Shown: piece after piece, positions 19,901 through 35,000 of the stretch
How the letters are laid out: each line of letters begins with the position of its first letter
Position numbering within the stretch: position 1 is the stretch's first letter
Assembly (NCBI GenBank): GCA_977030845.1
Contig: OZ365115.1
Location: 20,956,001 to 21,020,000, forward strand
From: Fimbriosthenelais zetlandica
Lineage: Eukaryota
Reading direction: 5' to 3'
Length of the DNA stretch: 64,000 bases
Translations under genes and position numbers: made by a program
Notes under the pieces: generated by a model
The model's input: the letters and a program-made list of their open reading frames with translations, nothing else
Told to the model about the DNA's origin: nothing
Databases searched by the model: none

Positions 19901-22900
19901 TCACATCTTCCATTTTGAACTGCATTCTAAAAAGTACGTTATAACTCAAAAGACTACTCGCACCCTTTTATAATCCATCTCTTTCCTTGCATCGCCTCTA
20001 AATTCTCAACTAAAAGTATTTGGCTCCACTTGTAAACTTTTTAAGCATCTGTTTCAAACGCCTTTTCATGTGTTTGATGTGGTCTTGAAGCATGGGTTTT
20101 GTCTTTCCTTTACTGAGCTCTAAGACCTCCCCCTTCAATTCTTTTTTCCTTCGTCTCCATCTCCTTCCAAAAGCTGCCTGTCCACCGATATGGTCTCCAA
20201 CTCTATTGAACATCCCCAGCCCCTGAGCAAAACTTAAGGTATAACCCCTCCCTTTCATCTACCTCCCTCTCTCTACTTTCCTCTCGCTCCTCTTCACCCG
20301 TGCCGTCTACCCCTATTGTGAACATCTTTCGCCATTGTCAGGTGTGCAATTACCCAGAGCCAACCAGCCATTTCTCAGTCCTCAACCTGTGCCACCTCCC
20401 TACCACCCCCACGCTGGTTCCCTCACCTCTCACCAAACAACCCCCCACGTGTCACTTTTGATTATATCTCAGTAGAAATCCATCATTCAGTCTGGAAAAC
20501 AATGCCTTTGGGGGTTGTTTGCGCAACTCTGGTGCCCTCATGTACTGACGGCGGCTGTGACAGGGTTGCTATAGCACCCGTCTGCTTGACAGACAAGCAG
20601 AGACAATGTCAAAGTTGTTTGTCATTGACAACCACGCCTCCGTCAGCGGTCTTCAACACCTGGGCCTTCTATAAACACCCCCGTTATAGGGATAAACCGC
20701 CACCACAAGTATATCCTGCTTGTAAAACTTGACAATATGGTTATCTATAAGTGGCATCTTCAGAAAACCCCCTTTTCAAAATTGAAATTCGCTCGAAATT
20801 GATTGACTGCATGAACAACTTCGCATGTATTGGATGTATGGAGAGGGAAATATTATCGTACCTGATTAAAATGCTGAAAATTTTCATCTTTGAGTCGTTA
20901 AAAGATCAGCCTGCTAATTTCATCCATCAGTTAGGCTCATTTCCAGGGTCTCTCAGCAGGCAATTGCTCATGAGTGAATTGTATGAGTAGCTCGGATAGA
21001 TCATAGGGAAGGCCATCCTCACTGTGACACATTGCCAGCCTTCCGCTCCTCCTTTTCCTACACAAAAGACTAACTCCCCCAGTCACGGGAAACATGCATT
21101 AATGAATCTAGGTCTCTCACTTTTCGATTGCTTTGAAATGTTAGTAAAATCAGCAGCTCTTAAGATGTGGCAGGGTGTCTTCATTTGCCCCCGTTTACTT
21201 GATATTTTATATCAAACTGAATGAGGTTTTTCCATCGTGAAAATTAACACTCATCAAGACTCACATTAGCAGCAAGGGGATTATTGATTTTTCCTTCGTA
21301 ACGCCTTCGATTCTCACTCCTAAATTTTAATGAATTTATCCACTAATCCGAAATCACCATGCAAATATGTTTGTTGCTATAGTTAGATGCTGGATGCCGG
21401 AATCTAATTGTGTTTCGTGATTTAACCCATCTTGGCTCTCTGCCAAGACTCCATCAAGTATGACACGTGATTTTCAAGGACCAGCCCATTGAAAAAAAAT
21501 GAAAAAGCAATGAAGAAAAATAGAGGATAATCGATCCTGCAGTAAATTACTATAGGCATTGTTTTATCCGGGGAGGTGCCCTAGCTGCTTCTCGGGGCCT
21601 GGTTTAGTGGGTGTGAGCGATCTCCGCTGGCTGCGGCTGGCTGTTTGACTTGAGCTGGAGGCCAAAGAATTGTTGAAAAGCTGACCTTTTGTTTCTGATT
21701 GAACTGCGAGGAACAAAAATCAGCCCCGCATTCACAACGGGTCAGAGGCAAACTGTTTGGAACATGTAATCACATCGCTCTGGTTTTTACCTCTCATTCT
21801 GAGCGGCGAGCGATCCGGAACTGCTTTATTCTGTTTTGTGGCGTTTTTCTCTCGTGGCATTCGTTTGTCCTGAGTGACATTGATTTGTTTTGAGAAAGAT
21901 TTTTTCTGCCCCATTCCTAAACAGGGAAACACACTTCTTAGGTGTGAACCGTGCAGGCAATTTCAGGGGCCCACGTTGATGTGTTATCTTCTGGTCTTCT
22001 CGATTTTGAAATTCGAAATTTTTGGTAAAAATATTGAATAAATATCATGGGTGTGATGACGAGCTCCCGTGATGAACTTCAGCATTTCCATAATCTTTCG
22101 GGTTGTCTATGCATTCTGAGCTGTTGACATCAATTGGTTCATGAAGCAAATGTCATATGAAGATAAAAACTCGTCCAATCTGTATGTAGATGTTGACGGG
22201 ATGGTTAGGAAATTGCTCGTGGATAGAGAAGAAGTGTCAGCTTACAGTGGCATACAACCTCCGGGCATCAAGGCAACCCCCTTAAAAGACATGTACATGC
22301 CTTCAGATAAATGTAACAAAGGAGCAGGATAACTCTCTGAAGCAACATTGTTGACTGTAAAAGGATGAGGAAAGCTGAAGATAATACAGAGATAACACGC
22401 TCTGTTGACAGAAGGGGTTTTGATCTGGAGCCTCTTTGGATCCTTGATATGCGCCTCAATCATCCTCTACTTTTCCACCCTCTCCTTCACTCACCCTGCC
22501 TCCCCACCCCACGCCATCACCACCAGCACCCCCATCCGCTCCCACCTCAAAACCCCCACAACCCTGGAAAAGCTTTCCATGCAACATCCCGATGTGAATT
22601 GCGTAACACTAATCATGGCTTTTTAGGGGGGTGGGCGCATTCGGTTTACTTTCAGTTCCGTGTGGCACCATTAAAAGCTGTCCTGATTCGGGTTTTTTAT
22701 GCAAACAATGGGCAATTTTTCCCCCATTTTCCCCCAGATTCGATCCCATTGATGCAGTCTGGAGTGAATCGTTTGTGTCTAGAGAGATTTTCAGGTAGAT
22801 TTATCGAAAATCAACAAAAGTATGAATAAAATCACAAAAGAGATCGAACACGCTCCCTGTGAGTTGCCTCTGGCATGAGCAGGCCTGTCCTCATCAGGCA

Positions 22901-25900
22901 ATTAACACTTTCCTGCCCGCATTTCTCCCTAAAATTTTACCTTTCAGTAGCTCCAGAACTACTTAAGTTTTCTACTCAGAATTTACTACCGTCCTTACTT
23001 TGATCCTGGCGGTTCTGATGCAAGATTCTCACTATATGAAATGATATATGGCCCGATTAAATAAATTAAAAATATTTTGGCGGGTTTTAATAGATGACAT
23101 TGGGCCGATCCACAGCTGGATGCCTGGGCCCGGAGAGATCTGTAAGAGCTTGGATCCCACATGGCAGTGCCCGGATAACAAACAGAGGGGCATGTCTGCA
23201 CAAGGCAGGTTGTGGATCAGGAATAGGGAGAGGGGGAAAATAGCAGAACCATTGGGGATGAATGAAGTGGTGATGGGGGGAGAAGGGTAGCCTGCCTCCA
23301 ACTTACCTGGTTACCAAGGTGAGGCAATAGGATCTATTATTTGCCCTATACCTGGGCAAAATTGGACCTAGGCACACAGAGTAGGCTGCGAGTCATGCAA
23401 AGCCATCAGGCGCTGAATCATACCACCGTAGATGAATGATCTGATCAATCATAAAAAAATTAACGTAATATCGTTAATTATGTCAATAACAATTGTAACT
23501 ATATGGAAATCACCCCGTGCTGGTCGTTAAAGACCAATTTCAATTGTTTATCATTTTTAAAAAGCATTAATAATCAACTGATTTACGACTCACGTCGAAG
23601 CCTCCTGCTCTAGTGTGTTTTAATCCAGAGTGCATTTGCCATCTGCTACAACCTGTGGAGGTGTTTGAGGAGGATTGCAACACACGCTTAGTTCATCATT
23701 TCATCAAGATTCTTTAAAACTTCCCCGCTGTCATCCGAAGCTTTGTTTCTGCTGCAATTCAACGCCTCAGCGCAGCTCAAAGGCTGCGGTAAATGTGAAA
23801 CAAAAGCACAAGTGCTCCCTTTTCTGATTACTTCAAGAAGGTCAAATATTTTGCAAATTTCAATTGGAGGAAAATCCTTTTTGTTCAGGGGTTTACTTTG
23901 CGTGAAGGAGTGGGCCTGAACAGGAGGCAAGTGTCATAGAGCTGCCTCTATGGGAAATGAACATCCCGGGCGGTGCAATTAGTAAAGTAAACATTCTCCT
24001 AGTTTGTGCAAGTTCATTAAAGCATTCGTGGGGTGAGCAACTACAAAGGGGGGAATTCTACACGCCAACTTTCGTCCTGGCACTTTGTGGACTTGTTTTC
24101 CACCGACTAAAAGATAACCTTTTACTCAAAGACTGGAGGAGACAATATTTCACCCGGAGGTGAAGTGCAGAAGGTGGGCTTCACGGAGTAAAACCCATTA
24201 AGTCATCACATATTCACCATTAACACTTAATAAGGTTCACAGAAAGGTTGAATAAACAACTTTTGTATTTTGAATGTTGGCTAAGTAGTTCAAGACAAAC
24301 TTAGCAAAACAGCAATGTTAAGTAACCATCTCGCACTCAAGTCATCAACATATCTTTCTTGAGATTGAAACGGCAAGAAATTGGAAACTGGCATAATGCA
24401 TTTGTTGCTGAACAATAGGAACTCTCTTTCGTCTTCTTCAGCTTCTAAATCCTCCAATCCCTCACAGCTTGTGCGGCTATGCTGTTAGTACTTCAATTTT
24501 AAAAGCATGACAACATCTCCATCGGAAATCATTTGACAGCAGGTGGGGTATAAATTAATTCCTCGCCAAGTTCAAAGGCATACAATCAACAATTTGCAAT
24601 CAAAGAAGAAGCAGATTGAGGCATGTTGCATGTAGACGTCCCTCTTATGTTGGCTATATGTACTGGCCTGCACCAATTGTCTATGCCTTAATTTGCCCCT
24701 ACAAAATAAAGCACTCTGCCTGTTAGCCCACTGCATTGAAACACACAGAGGGCATTTGAAGGTCGATTCATTGATGCAGTGCATTGAAAAGTGCTTTGAA
24801 AAAACACCTAGTTTTCAAATCGATAGGACAGCGGAGGCCATTTCCATTTGATAATTGGCAGGGGGACATTGATATTAATCTTCAGCTTGCAGGCTATTCT
24901 TTTGGTATGTATTATTTAAAATTAAACAAATTGGACATTTATTATTGTATGTGGGATACTACTTACATTCCTGCTAGCACAAGTTTGATGCACTTCAACA
25001 ATGAGTGTAATGGCATTGACACTGGCGCAGGCCCGTTTGCTTTTCATTGTGGTGACAGTTGGTAGAAGAAAAACGGCTCCACCGCATTATTATATGCCGG
25101 TTTTCTTGAAGGCCTTCACTCAAAATCAATGTGTGTGTCTTCTAGTGAAGATAGGTGGAGAAAACAGGATAACGAGCCACGATCTCAGGAAAGAAAACTT
25201 AATGAACCAAACCTCAAAAAAACAACTTTTATTTCTTCTCGGAGAATGACAATTTTGAAAGTCACTGGTGCTGATTGGCTCGGGAAAAAGGTGGACAGAC
25301 CAGGGACCTTCTTTTCATCCCTGACAGCTGGGAGTTTCTTCGTCAGATTCATGAATTAGTGTAAGAAGGGGAAATACACGGAAAGGTTCCTGTAATATGA
25401 AATGGGCCAAGGACGACATTTTTTATTGTTATATGTAAGTGTAAGTGTAAGCAGGCTTCTGTTTGTGGACGTTACAGAACTGTGTGCCACGATGACAGCC
25501 ATTATTTAACACCAGTCATAATGCTCTTCTCTATCAATCCTCCCTCTGGAATGTGTGTCAATGTGTAGAGTGAGAGACCTAATAATGGAAAGAAGATCCA
25601 TCCTAGACACTGAGAGGGAAGAAAATTCCTATTAAAAACGCTCATAATGAGTATCGCCCCCTTTTTAGCTCCTTTCATGCAATTAAAAAAGAAAATTCCC
25701 TCAGTCTAGCCAGGGCTGGGGAGTGTTTTTAAAGAGGCAAATAAAAATAGGACACGGGTGTTTTGTCCCTGACGGAGTATCACAGGTCCTGTATTTGTAT
25801 TAAAAGAGAGAGCAGAGTTTTTTTTGTGATTGTTTAAATGCTGAAGCTAGCAGATGTTTGCGATGGGAAATAATGAACATGATGCTCCGAGGAGGGCGCT

Positions 25901-25972
25901 ACAGCTTTGCCTCGTCTGCAGCTTCCGAGTGCTGGGATGGTTGGTGCGGGGGGAAAAGCACCCCCGGAATGA

Positions 25973-26028
25973 TGACGTAAAAAGCAAGAGTTGGTGACGT
26001 AAAAAGTGCTAGCACGGTGACGTAAAAA
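25973..26028 (+). promoter_or_regulatory. Three spaced direct copies of TGACGTAAAAA
   Basis: Copies start at 25973, 25995 and 26018 (22 and 23 bp apart) with unrelated spacers. Confidence 0.5.
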
Positions 26029-29000
26029 CAACGCTGCTATCTATTGTTGACGTTACAGACTCACGCGCCGAGAGGGGCTTCTTGTGAGGAAAGAAATGAT
26101 CCCAGCCTTCCTATAAACCCATGGCAATTTTGGTGCAATTTTCCAGATGAAAATCTCAGCTCATTTATAGGCTAAATTATCAAAGGCGACTCAAAATCGA
26201 CCGCCTCTCTCTCTCTTTGGGAGGCTAATTAAAATTACGGCTCGCCTTCAAAATGGCTGTTTTCTTTCAGGGACCTAGATCTGAGGATTGATCGGCCTCC
26301 TTGCATTGATCCCGATTTGAAACGCGTTCAAAGGAATGTCCACTGCTTGTGCGAACCAATCTAGATTGGGTGATGGTAAAGAAGAATTTTATGTTCAATC
26401 TTTGACGAGGCCTGAACGGTGCCACAGATTGTTCACACGCCTTGTTTAATGTCCACACAATACACCCATTTCTCCGTTCCTTCCCTCTGCAAATCATTCT
26501 TTACAAGGGGGACATTTTTTAGAATGAAACTACCAGCAGTTGTTCACATAAATGGAAACAATGGCCAGCGTCTGTCTCCCTCTAGAGTTGGTGAATTCAT
26601 TAAAAGAACTAGGAGACGTTTGGGGGATGGGGGTGGAAAGCGGGAGGTGGGTTGGAGAGGAGATATATGGGCTTTTGTAGCTTTTTTAACTTAATTTATT
26701 CAAAAGATAGCCCGTATCAGCTGCACAAAGCCAGCGCCTCTAAAATTCTCCTGTCGAATATTCACAGGGTTTTTTTTTACACCGAAGCCCTTAGATGGAT
26801 GGTTTCCCTTATGGGGAATTTAAAGGCTGCTCATTGAGAAAGCCTTGAATCATTTGTCATATATCCAAGGGAATCTCTGCCTGCACAGGGGCAGACATTG
26901 GGACCTAGATACCGATTGTCAGCAATTCCTGTATACAATCCTATGCAAATAATACGTGGCATGCATTGCTTTTCATTCTCTCATTACTCAAGATTGCCAG
27001 TTGGATATAATCCAGCATTTTTGAATCCCAATTGTTTTTTTTATAAGGAACTCATATTCTGGGGTAATTAATTTCAATAGAGGACACCATTGTCATGTCT
27101 TAAGCAATGCTTTCAAAGCACCTTTTGAGGCGGGACACCTGCACTGGGTAATTTTGTCCAGGACCAGCAAGAAATCTGGCGTGGGAATAAAATCCTCCCA
27201 TCCAGTTCAACCTCCCTGAAACGACCCTCCATTCTTTTCCCACCTTCTTTTCCCCCTTCTATCTAACTCCGGAGGTCCCCCCACCCCCACCCCCATATGG
27301 TATTCTTCACAAGTACCCCCCACAAACCTATCCAACAACTTCTGGTCCGATCGAGACTGAAGACAAACCAGTGTCTTCATCTCCTCTGTTGGCAAGACTT
27401 CAACTTCATCAGTAACACAAAGCGCACGAGGTTCATCAAGCTCTGGGATAAACCTGCTCGACTACAATTATGCAAATTACTTTATGAAAGCCAGGCTCTC
27501 ATGGGTCTCAAAGGAGACTGGCTTGCAGTAAAAAGTGTAAGATTTATATGGCGGGATTTTTTTTTAATTCCAAAAAGGTACCTCGGTGTATGCAAACGAC
27601 ACTTAAATGCGCTTTAGAGGGAGGGTCATTGGTTGGCAATCTGGAATAATGAAAGAATTTGAATGGCATTCATTGCCAATTCCACATGGGTGCTTTCCAT
27701 TGTCGACCAGGCACTGCTACAAAGTGCTCCACTGTGGCCTTGGTCGCCAACCTACGTGGTTTTGGTGTACCACTCCAGGTAGAATGTTCCACGTATAATG
27801 AGATGGCATCTATGGAGAGCTAGGCATTAGGCACCTTCTTGATTGAAATTGGCTATTGTCATCTAGTCATGATGTGTGATCTCGTCAGGTCCTCACATCC
27901 TGTCTTCTTATCTCGCCCTCTCCATCTGATAATCCCACCAAAAAAGTCATTGTCTTCGACCCGAACCCTCAACCCATCACCAGCCAGACGGTCAGGACAG
28001 TCTATACAGTTTATAATGAGACCTTTCACTGACGACTTCCGATCCAACATAATATAATAACACAGTGCCAGATTTTAGTGAAACAATCCGAACAGACGAC
28101 ATTTCAAGAAGCAGACGACTTTTAAGCCATGTCTGCCCGGATAACGCCTGCTTTTATAACAGGGTGTGTGAGAGGGTGTGTATTGTGTTTCAACCACATC
28201 AAGGAAGGCTCCATCCTAGGGCCTCCCTACAAGTCACATGCAACAAAAAGACACTACACTCATCTTGGGTTGAGAAAAACAAAAGGCGTGATAACGGGAT
28301 CTGACCTATTGTCCGGGATGTTCCTACAGTAGTGACATAGCATTACCATTAGCCTCTGAAAGGAGAGATGTCACCAATATGAATGTGGAATGTGTCAGTA
28401 TTGAATATAATTATCTGGATTGTTTCAATGCATAAGTGCATTCATAGGCCTACTAACAAGAAAGTCAAATTTAGTATGTTTCAGAATGTCCATCATCACA
28501 GTGGTTGAAGGGTTAATGTGGCGACGTATGAGCAATTAGTCGAAGCAATCAGCGGAGAGGGACAATCGTTTCAAATGATCAAAGGATCCTTGTTTGTAGG
28601 TTGGAATGTCTTTAACAATCCATGGGCTGAGCCTCAATGCCCCCACCCACACCCCCATCCAATCCAAAGCTCCTTACCACTAGAACACCGACGTACCTCT
28701 CTCGTTCGCCTCCAAACAACCACACCACCGTTCCCATCTGCTTTTTCGAATCACAAATTAAGACAAAAGTTCATTAATTCAGGACTCTTACTAATTGCTC
28801 TGATTGTAACCAGGTCAGAAGCTTGAGTTCCCGTGAAGCGCAAGAGGACAATTCTGCCATTTTCATTTCTTTATGTCTTTGACGAGTTGGTAAAGGCATA
28901 AAAGAGAGAGGGGAATCAATTGGAGAGATAACATCCGATTATTCACGGCCTTGAACTTGGTATTCCACTCCATCCACCGACTGACCGATTTCTTCGGCCA

Positions 29001-32000
29001 TTCCGGCATGAGTGGATCAAAAACGTCCGCCTGCAGATGATGTAGAGTTGAACAGGTCTCCACTTAAATTACATTTTTTAAGCCAAACCACAGATTTGTT
29101 GAAATGATTTGATTGCTTGTACGAAACAAAAGCCATGTTTGAGCCAGCGTTCTTCATTTAAACAAGTTAGGAGGTTTTATGAACGTGTTTTTCAAATCCT
29201 CTCCCTCCGTTCTGCCTCTTTAAGGGAGGGTCGGCGATTGGTCTGAAGGTAGTATGGCCAGTCTATTTGAATCAGTTAGGATTGTAGGTCCAACTGATGC
29301 ATGATTGACTACATAATCATATACATGTATAAATCATGGACCCACCAGACGCGTAGCCCTTGGGAAGGAATCACTAACCCTTTCCCTTCCGAATCCCTCC
29401 TTTAACTGCCCAACTAATGAACTGAATTCATTTCCGATTTCAAGGTAAATACTTTTCTGATAACCAGTTGATCAGATAGAATTTATGACTTTGGTGAACC
29501 TCTCTCATTCCCATCACAGCCGACTGGCAAGCCCCTGGTTTTGTCGCCCAAAATAGACCAAGCAGATGACTTTGGGAGCAAGCATTGATTTCAGAGAGTG
29601 TTCGATTGAGAAAGCAGGGAAGGGTGGGAGAGGGGGCGTGGGTTCGGGTGATGTGGGGAGGGATGGATTGATCGCCAATGTCTGGGGTAGGAATAGAGAA
29701 CGTCCTATCAATATATATACACCCACGCCCAATTTTTCCACGGGAGGCTGGGGTTGGTGGATGGATAGAGATCCATTGTGAAAAGGGCTTATTTGGGTCT
29801 GGTCAGTTTTGAGGACAGGACGACTGGTAGATGTGCCAAGGACCCTGAGTCCGTGGTGTGGTCCACGAGGAGGAAAGATTAGGACACTGTCTGTGATGGA
29901 TGGTGGCCCTCTCCAGCACAGAGGAGGTTGGATGCATCTTTCCCGACCAAAATGCCGAAAGGCATTTGCACCAGTGAAAATTGAATTGGTTGTATTTACT
30001 CAGAGGATTTCCTGGTCCTGGCACTGAACTAGAATGGATGGGATATGTGACTTGACTCTTCTCGTAAAATGAAACTTAATTTCGAGCAAAAGCACATTTT
30101 TGGTCGAAATAGATTAAATTTACATCTTTCTTATACTCCTCCCCATTGCATTATTTGCATCCACTGCCTGCAGTCGTTGGACAGAAACAGTTTTTCATTT
30201 CATGATGAATGTATGTACATATTTTTAATGTTTTGAGAAAATTATGAACGCACTGGGAAAGGAACCGGAATCCATCAGATTTTGAGGTAAGTTTCTAATT
30301 CAATTAATATCTCGTAGCGAGTGTTGGGTAACATTATGGCCGCCTTGACAAAACAGTAAGTATGACTGATTCTTAATGGTCTCAAATATCGCTCTTGGGA
30401 AAGAGCATAAACTTCCCTGTAGCTTTCCAAGAAGGCAATTCAAGAATTATAAGTCTGTTCTCCATACTTTTGCTAGTATTGACCCTTGTCTTACTTGATT
30501 ATGTAATGATATGGTAAATGTCTAAAAAAAATTGTCAAAATTGTCGTCATTTAATGGCGTCATATTAACATAAGTGTTCACCCATAAGATGGGTTTATAT
30601 CAGTTCATTTTAATTGTATGGATTCTAAATCCAATTTTTTTCTATATTTTCCTAAGAATTGGGAAGACAAATTTAGTTATTCACAATGGTTCTGAACTAT
30701 GTGTGGCTTGTATGGATTGATGTATTAGGATCTCATGGTCACACTGTATGACAGTGACACCTTGGCAGTTTGTTGACAGCTGAAAGTTGACAGCATGTCG
30801 ACACAATAAAGCTGAAACCCCTGTGTACATTATACGTGTATGGACTATTGAGTTTGTTTCAAAATCAGCACCAAGGAAAATGTGTAAACTGAAATTTGGT
30901 TAAGCTAAAAGCTGACAAGACTGTGTGAGGGAAATCGAATAGCAAGGTACGAAGGTGTACAATGGAAAGCTGACCATAACTCCTATTACGTTGTGTATTG
31001 CTATATATATATATAGACTGACCAGTTCATGTGCAATATACGTAATATATTACAGTTCTGCTACTATTTCCTGCTAGATACTTTTAAGATAGTTTGCATT
31101 TGTCTGAGGGTACTCCCATCTTTTATTTGAAATAGTGGTTATGGTATTTTGATAATCTAGCAACTGATAATAGTAACGGGCCCTGGGGTCCAAATCTGCA
31201 TCCATAGACACAATAACTATTGTAAAGGCAAATTGAAGACAAGTACTGCAAGCCTTTCTAATAGAATTACATTTGCCTGTCCAATATTACTTGAATTATA
31301 CTCTACCTTGTTCTTAGGTTTCCAAGGTCCTGAGTATAATCAAGGTTTACCGCATGTACTCACATACATGTCCCGCCACACACAAAAGAATCCAATATTG
31401 GTTTATAAATGTACACTTTGACAACTGAAGGTTTGCAAGAGTGACTTGTCATAACTGCATCATGATCTATCTAACTACCTGCATGCAGGTATATCGCTGG
31501 GATCTCAATTGTTGACTTCTTTATCATCTGTACTTTTCCACAAGTATGGTTAGAGTGTCTTTGTTTCTTTAACCTTTTGATAGTAACAATAACCCTTGCC
31601 ACATGCACAAGTTCCTTGAGGGACACCCATGTGTTTGGGGAGCTGGAGTATATCTGAAACCCGGGAAGGGAGTTAAAACGGATGGCTTATTTTCACATTT
31701 AAAAAAAACTCACATGTACTTGATTAGCTTTTTGTCAAATTGTGCTGTATAGACAATGCATGTAACGTAGCTACTAGAATATATAAATGTAGTAACAGTT
31801 TAGTGATATAATGAATGCACAAAGCATTTTCGAAATGCGAAAACAATGGTGACGAAAGATTTCGCTGCCACTTGTCAAGTGGCATCAACCATTTTGCTGG
31901 TGAAAGTGACATCACAGCTGCGAACTTAGCGAATCACGTGAAAAGACGTGTCAATCCTGAATCCGCTCACTCTTCATACCACAACTTTGTGTTTATAGAG

Positions 32001-35000
32001 TAAAAAACTTAAAAAAAAATAAACAGAATGAAAGTATCCCCCACCTACAGCACCTACAGTAATAGCCAGCTTATCAAACCAGGGCAATGTCACAAGGGGC
32101 AGTGACATGCGCGACGACTGAACATGAAACTTCTGGCTGCAAGAGGATCATCGACTGATCGCCACATAGCAGGAAGAAACCAGCCAACTCTGATGTAACA
32201 ACCCCAGAGTCTGTTGTGGTTTTTTACAGCTAATATGAAACAAAAAGAACGGTGGGGTGGAATGATTTACCTATTGTAGTGCAGACCAGGGGGAAGTCTC
32301 TGAGGGTTATATCGTTTTCCCCCCTGTCACACTATGATTTTAAATGGGTATAAGCCAAAGAGCAACAACGCTGGTCTGATCCTATCTGTTGTCCTCTCCT
32401 ATGATTTTTTCATAATGTGGAAGATGAAAAATGGCACGATCATTAGTAGGACTGGACAAGAGGACATTCCGGTGGTGGTGCTCTTCGGTGATGAACTAGC
32501 CTCGTAGTGGCTACAATGTAGGGCACAGATATCTCTCGGTTTCTGTGCAGAGTGACTACTGCCAGGCCTCTGTGGACCAACTTGAAGAAACTCAAAACCC
32601 CACCTGAAAGACCATCTCATGGGGGTTAAGCCACAGAAGGGCATGAATACAACATATAACCCTCATTACTGAAAGCGCCCCCCGGTGAATAACAAAGGAG
32701 GTGACGCTGGGGGGCGTCTCCATATAAACTCTTAATACTTCCGGAGGAGACATCCGGAAAATAGCATGCAGTCTCCAAGACGACGCAGGCTCAATCAGTC
32801 AGCACTGTGATTATCAAGATCACAACGTGGATATTGATGATGATAATGTATCCCTTCTACGCTGCACCAAACCACTGTAGCGAGATTCCATAGAGAATGT
32901 AGTCTTTTTTCATGTTATATTGTAGGTGACACAATAAACCAGGTTAGTTAGACAAACGTCCCTGCTAATTAGATACTTTTTCCCTGAATTATTGAATGGA
33001 TGTGTGTAAAGTAAAGATAGCATTTTCTGGGTGCTGGCCGTATCATGGTAGGCATTTATAAATGATGATGGGCCGTCTGGAGATGTTTACAATATTTGAC
33101 TCCTTATGGTGTATACTACTGTTTGTGTACATTGTGCGGCTGTCTCGGTCCATTGTATAGAAGACCATGGACGAGATTTGGTGCAATGAGTGGTCCTAGT
33201 ACAGTTGTCAGAAACTTACAAATTTCCTCTATTGTTATCATCATTATCATAGTGCCTAAATACTCTTATCGATACAAAATAATAATAAATAATAATCAGT
33301 GATACATAGTGTGATGTCATTGTATTAATACTTGCTCATAGGTTCACTTATACCAATATAAATGTTTGTGTAGAATGTGTGACATCCAAAGGAGGTTGCC
33401 AAAATAGTGTTTGTAACTTTCACTGCTAAAGAAAAAAGGGAGGATAAGAAAAAGTCTGTCAGATATTATACATTGTCTTTGGAGTTTTTTAAACCTTTGA
33501 AGGGTAAATTGTATGGACTTCTGTAACCAGCTTTGGTTTTTGAACAATTTGGTTAAGTGGGCTGAATAGAACCCCACACCTTTGGGTCCCCAGGCAGCAT
33601 CAGCCCATCCTGACTAAAGGCAGACTTCCCAATGTAAGGATGGTTGATATAAATATGAGGATATAGTCATATTGTCTGACGTGTGAAGGTGAAGAAACTA
33701 TGAGCTGGATGTGGGTATACACAATGTGATCCATTGCTCCATCGTGCTTAAAAGGCAGCAGAAAACGTTGGCGTAGGTTTATGCACTCTAACTGTCGGTA
33801 CCAATTTAGGCCAAGCCCAGACTAAGGTATAGGAAGGTATCTTGACTGCAGTTTGAAGAACGTAACATTTTTAATTGGACATTCATACTTAATTACTAAT
33901 CGCAGGCAAGACAGAATATGTCAACTCAATTGGTGATATTTTAAATCTTTTTCTCAATATGGAACACCTGGGTGAAGCCTGGGGCCTCCTTTGGATGCTC
34001 AGATTATTTTAGCTCTTTGGAAGTAACATATCATGTACTTGTTGTTTTGGATATGTAGATCCGATTACGTTGTGTATATTGTTCAATAATATCTTGTACA
34101 TGCCACTGCAAATTAACTCCAAATTTCTGGCCTAATTAGAAAGTAGAACCACATTGAAAATTCGAGAAAACACATTAATATCCCAGTGATAAAATGGAGA
34201 TTCATTCGCTGACGTTCAAATTCGATACTATGAAATGTTCTGTCTTCAAAATTGAAGAAAGAAGGAAATATGCAATGGCATGTTTACTTGTACTGTGTTA
34301 ATGTTTATATATACACCATTGTTTAGTCTATTCAAAATAATGCTGAGTTTATGTTCTCAGTATTTTTAAACAGGTTTATCCATACAGTTAAGTGCAATGG
34401 GCAAGAGTATGTTTAATATCTTTTTTATTTGACTAAGATATAGCCTGTGTGTTTGAGAATATGGTCTCTTTCATATTAGTGTATCAACATTGTAGTAGCG
34501 TTAACATAGCTCATACCCTCTTTCCTCTCACTCCCCTATTATGCCCCCTCCCAGATTTCTGTATCATCCCAGCCTTCCTAAACATTGACAATGGCGCCTA
34601 ATTTTCTGCTACTGCAAAATCCCTTTTACATCTTCAAATCATGCCCGAAAATCCGCCCTTTTCGGCTAACATCTTATGGCCGTTAACGGCCATATACCAC
34701 GGGAGAACACATACAGAGTGTAGATTTTTCCCCGATTCAGTCAAGGGACAGAAAAGAGTCAAAAATCATTTGTGGCATCTATTCGGCAAACTTGTGGTGT
34801 GTCTGAAAGCTAAGCTGCTGAATTTATTCGAATACACCAGAAACAAGCAAAATATTTTAAAGTATCTACAACATTGAGATTGACGTGTTTGTAGTTGACA
34901 TAATCCTGTCGACTACGTTTTATCACTGTATGAAATTGATCGTTTTTCGTCCTATATGCAGCATTCTAGTCAAGTTGTGACCCTCGTGTGTTATTGAGAA

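Noticed and set aside
22365-22829. 154-aa His/Pro-rich ORF
   Set aside because: The composition is explained by a C-rich tract. There is no domain and no convincing splice context.
23301-23310. ACTTACCTGG, resembling the U1 snRNA 5' end or a minus-strand splice donor
   Set aside because: No U1 body follows. The adjacent minus-strand sequence gave a stop in the frame I checked and no partner exon was found.
30240-30292. Consensus donor GAG|GTAAGT with a short upstream ORF
   Set aside because: The ATG frame stops just before the donor, and no matching acceptor or downstream exon was identified.
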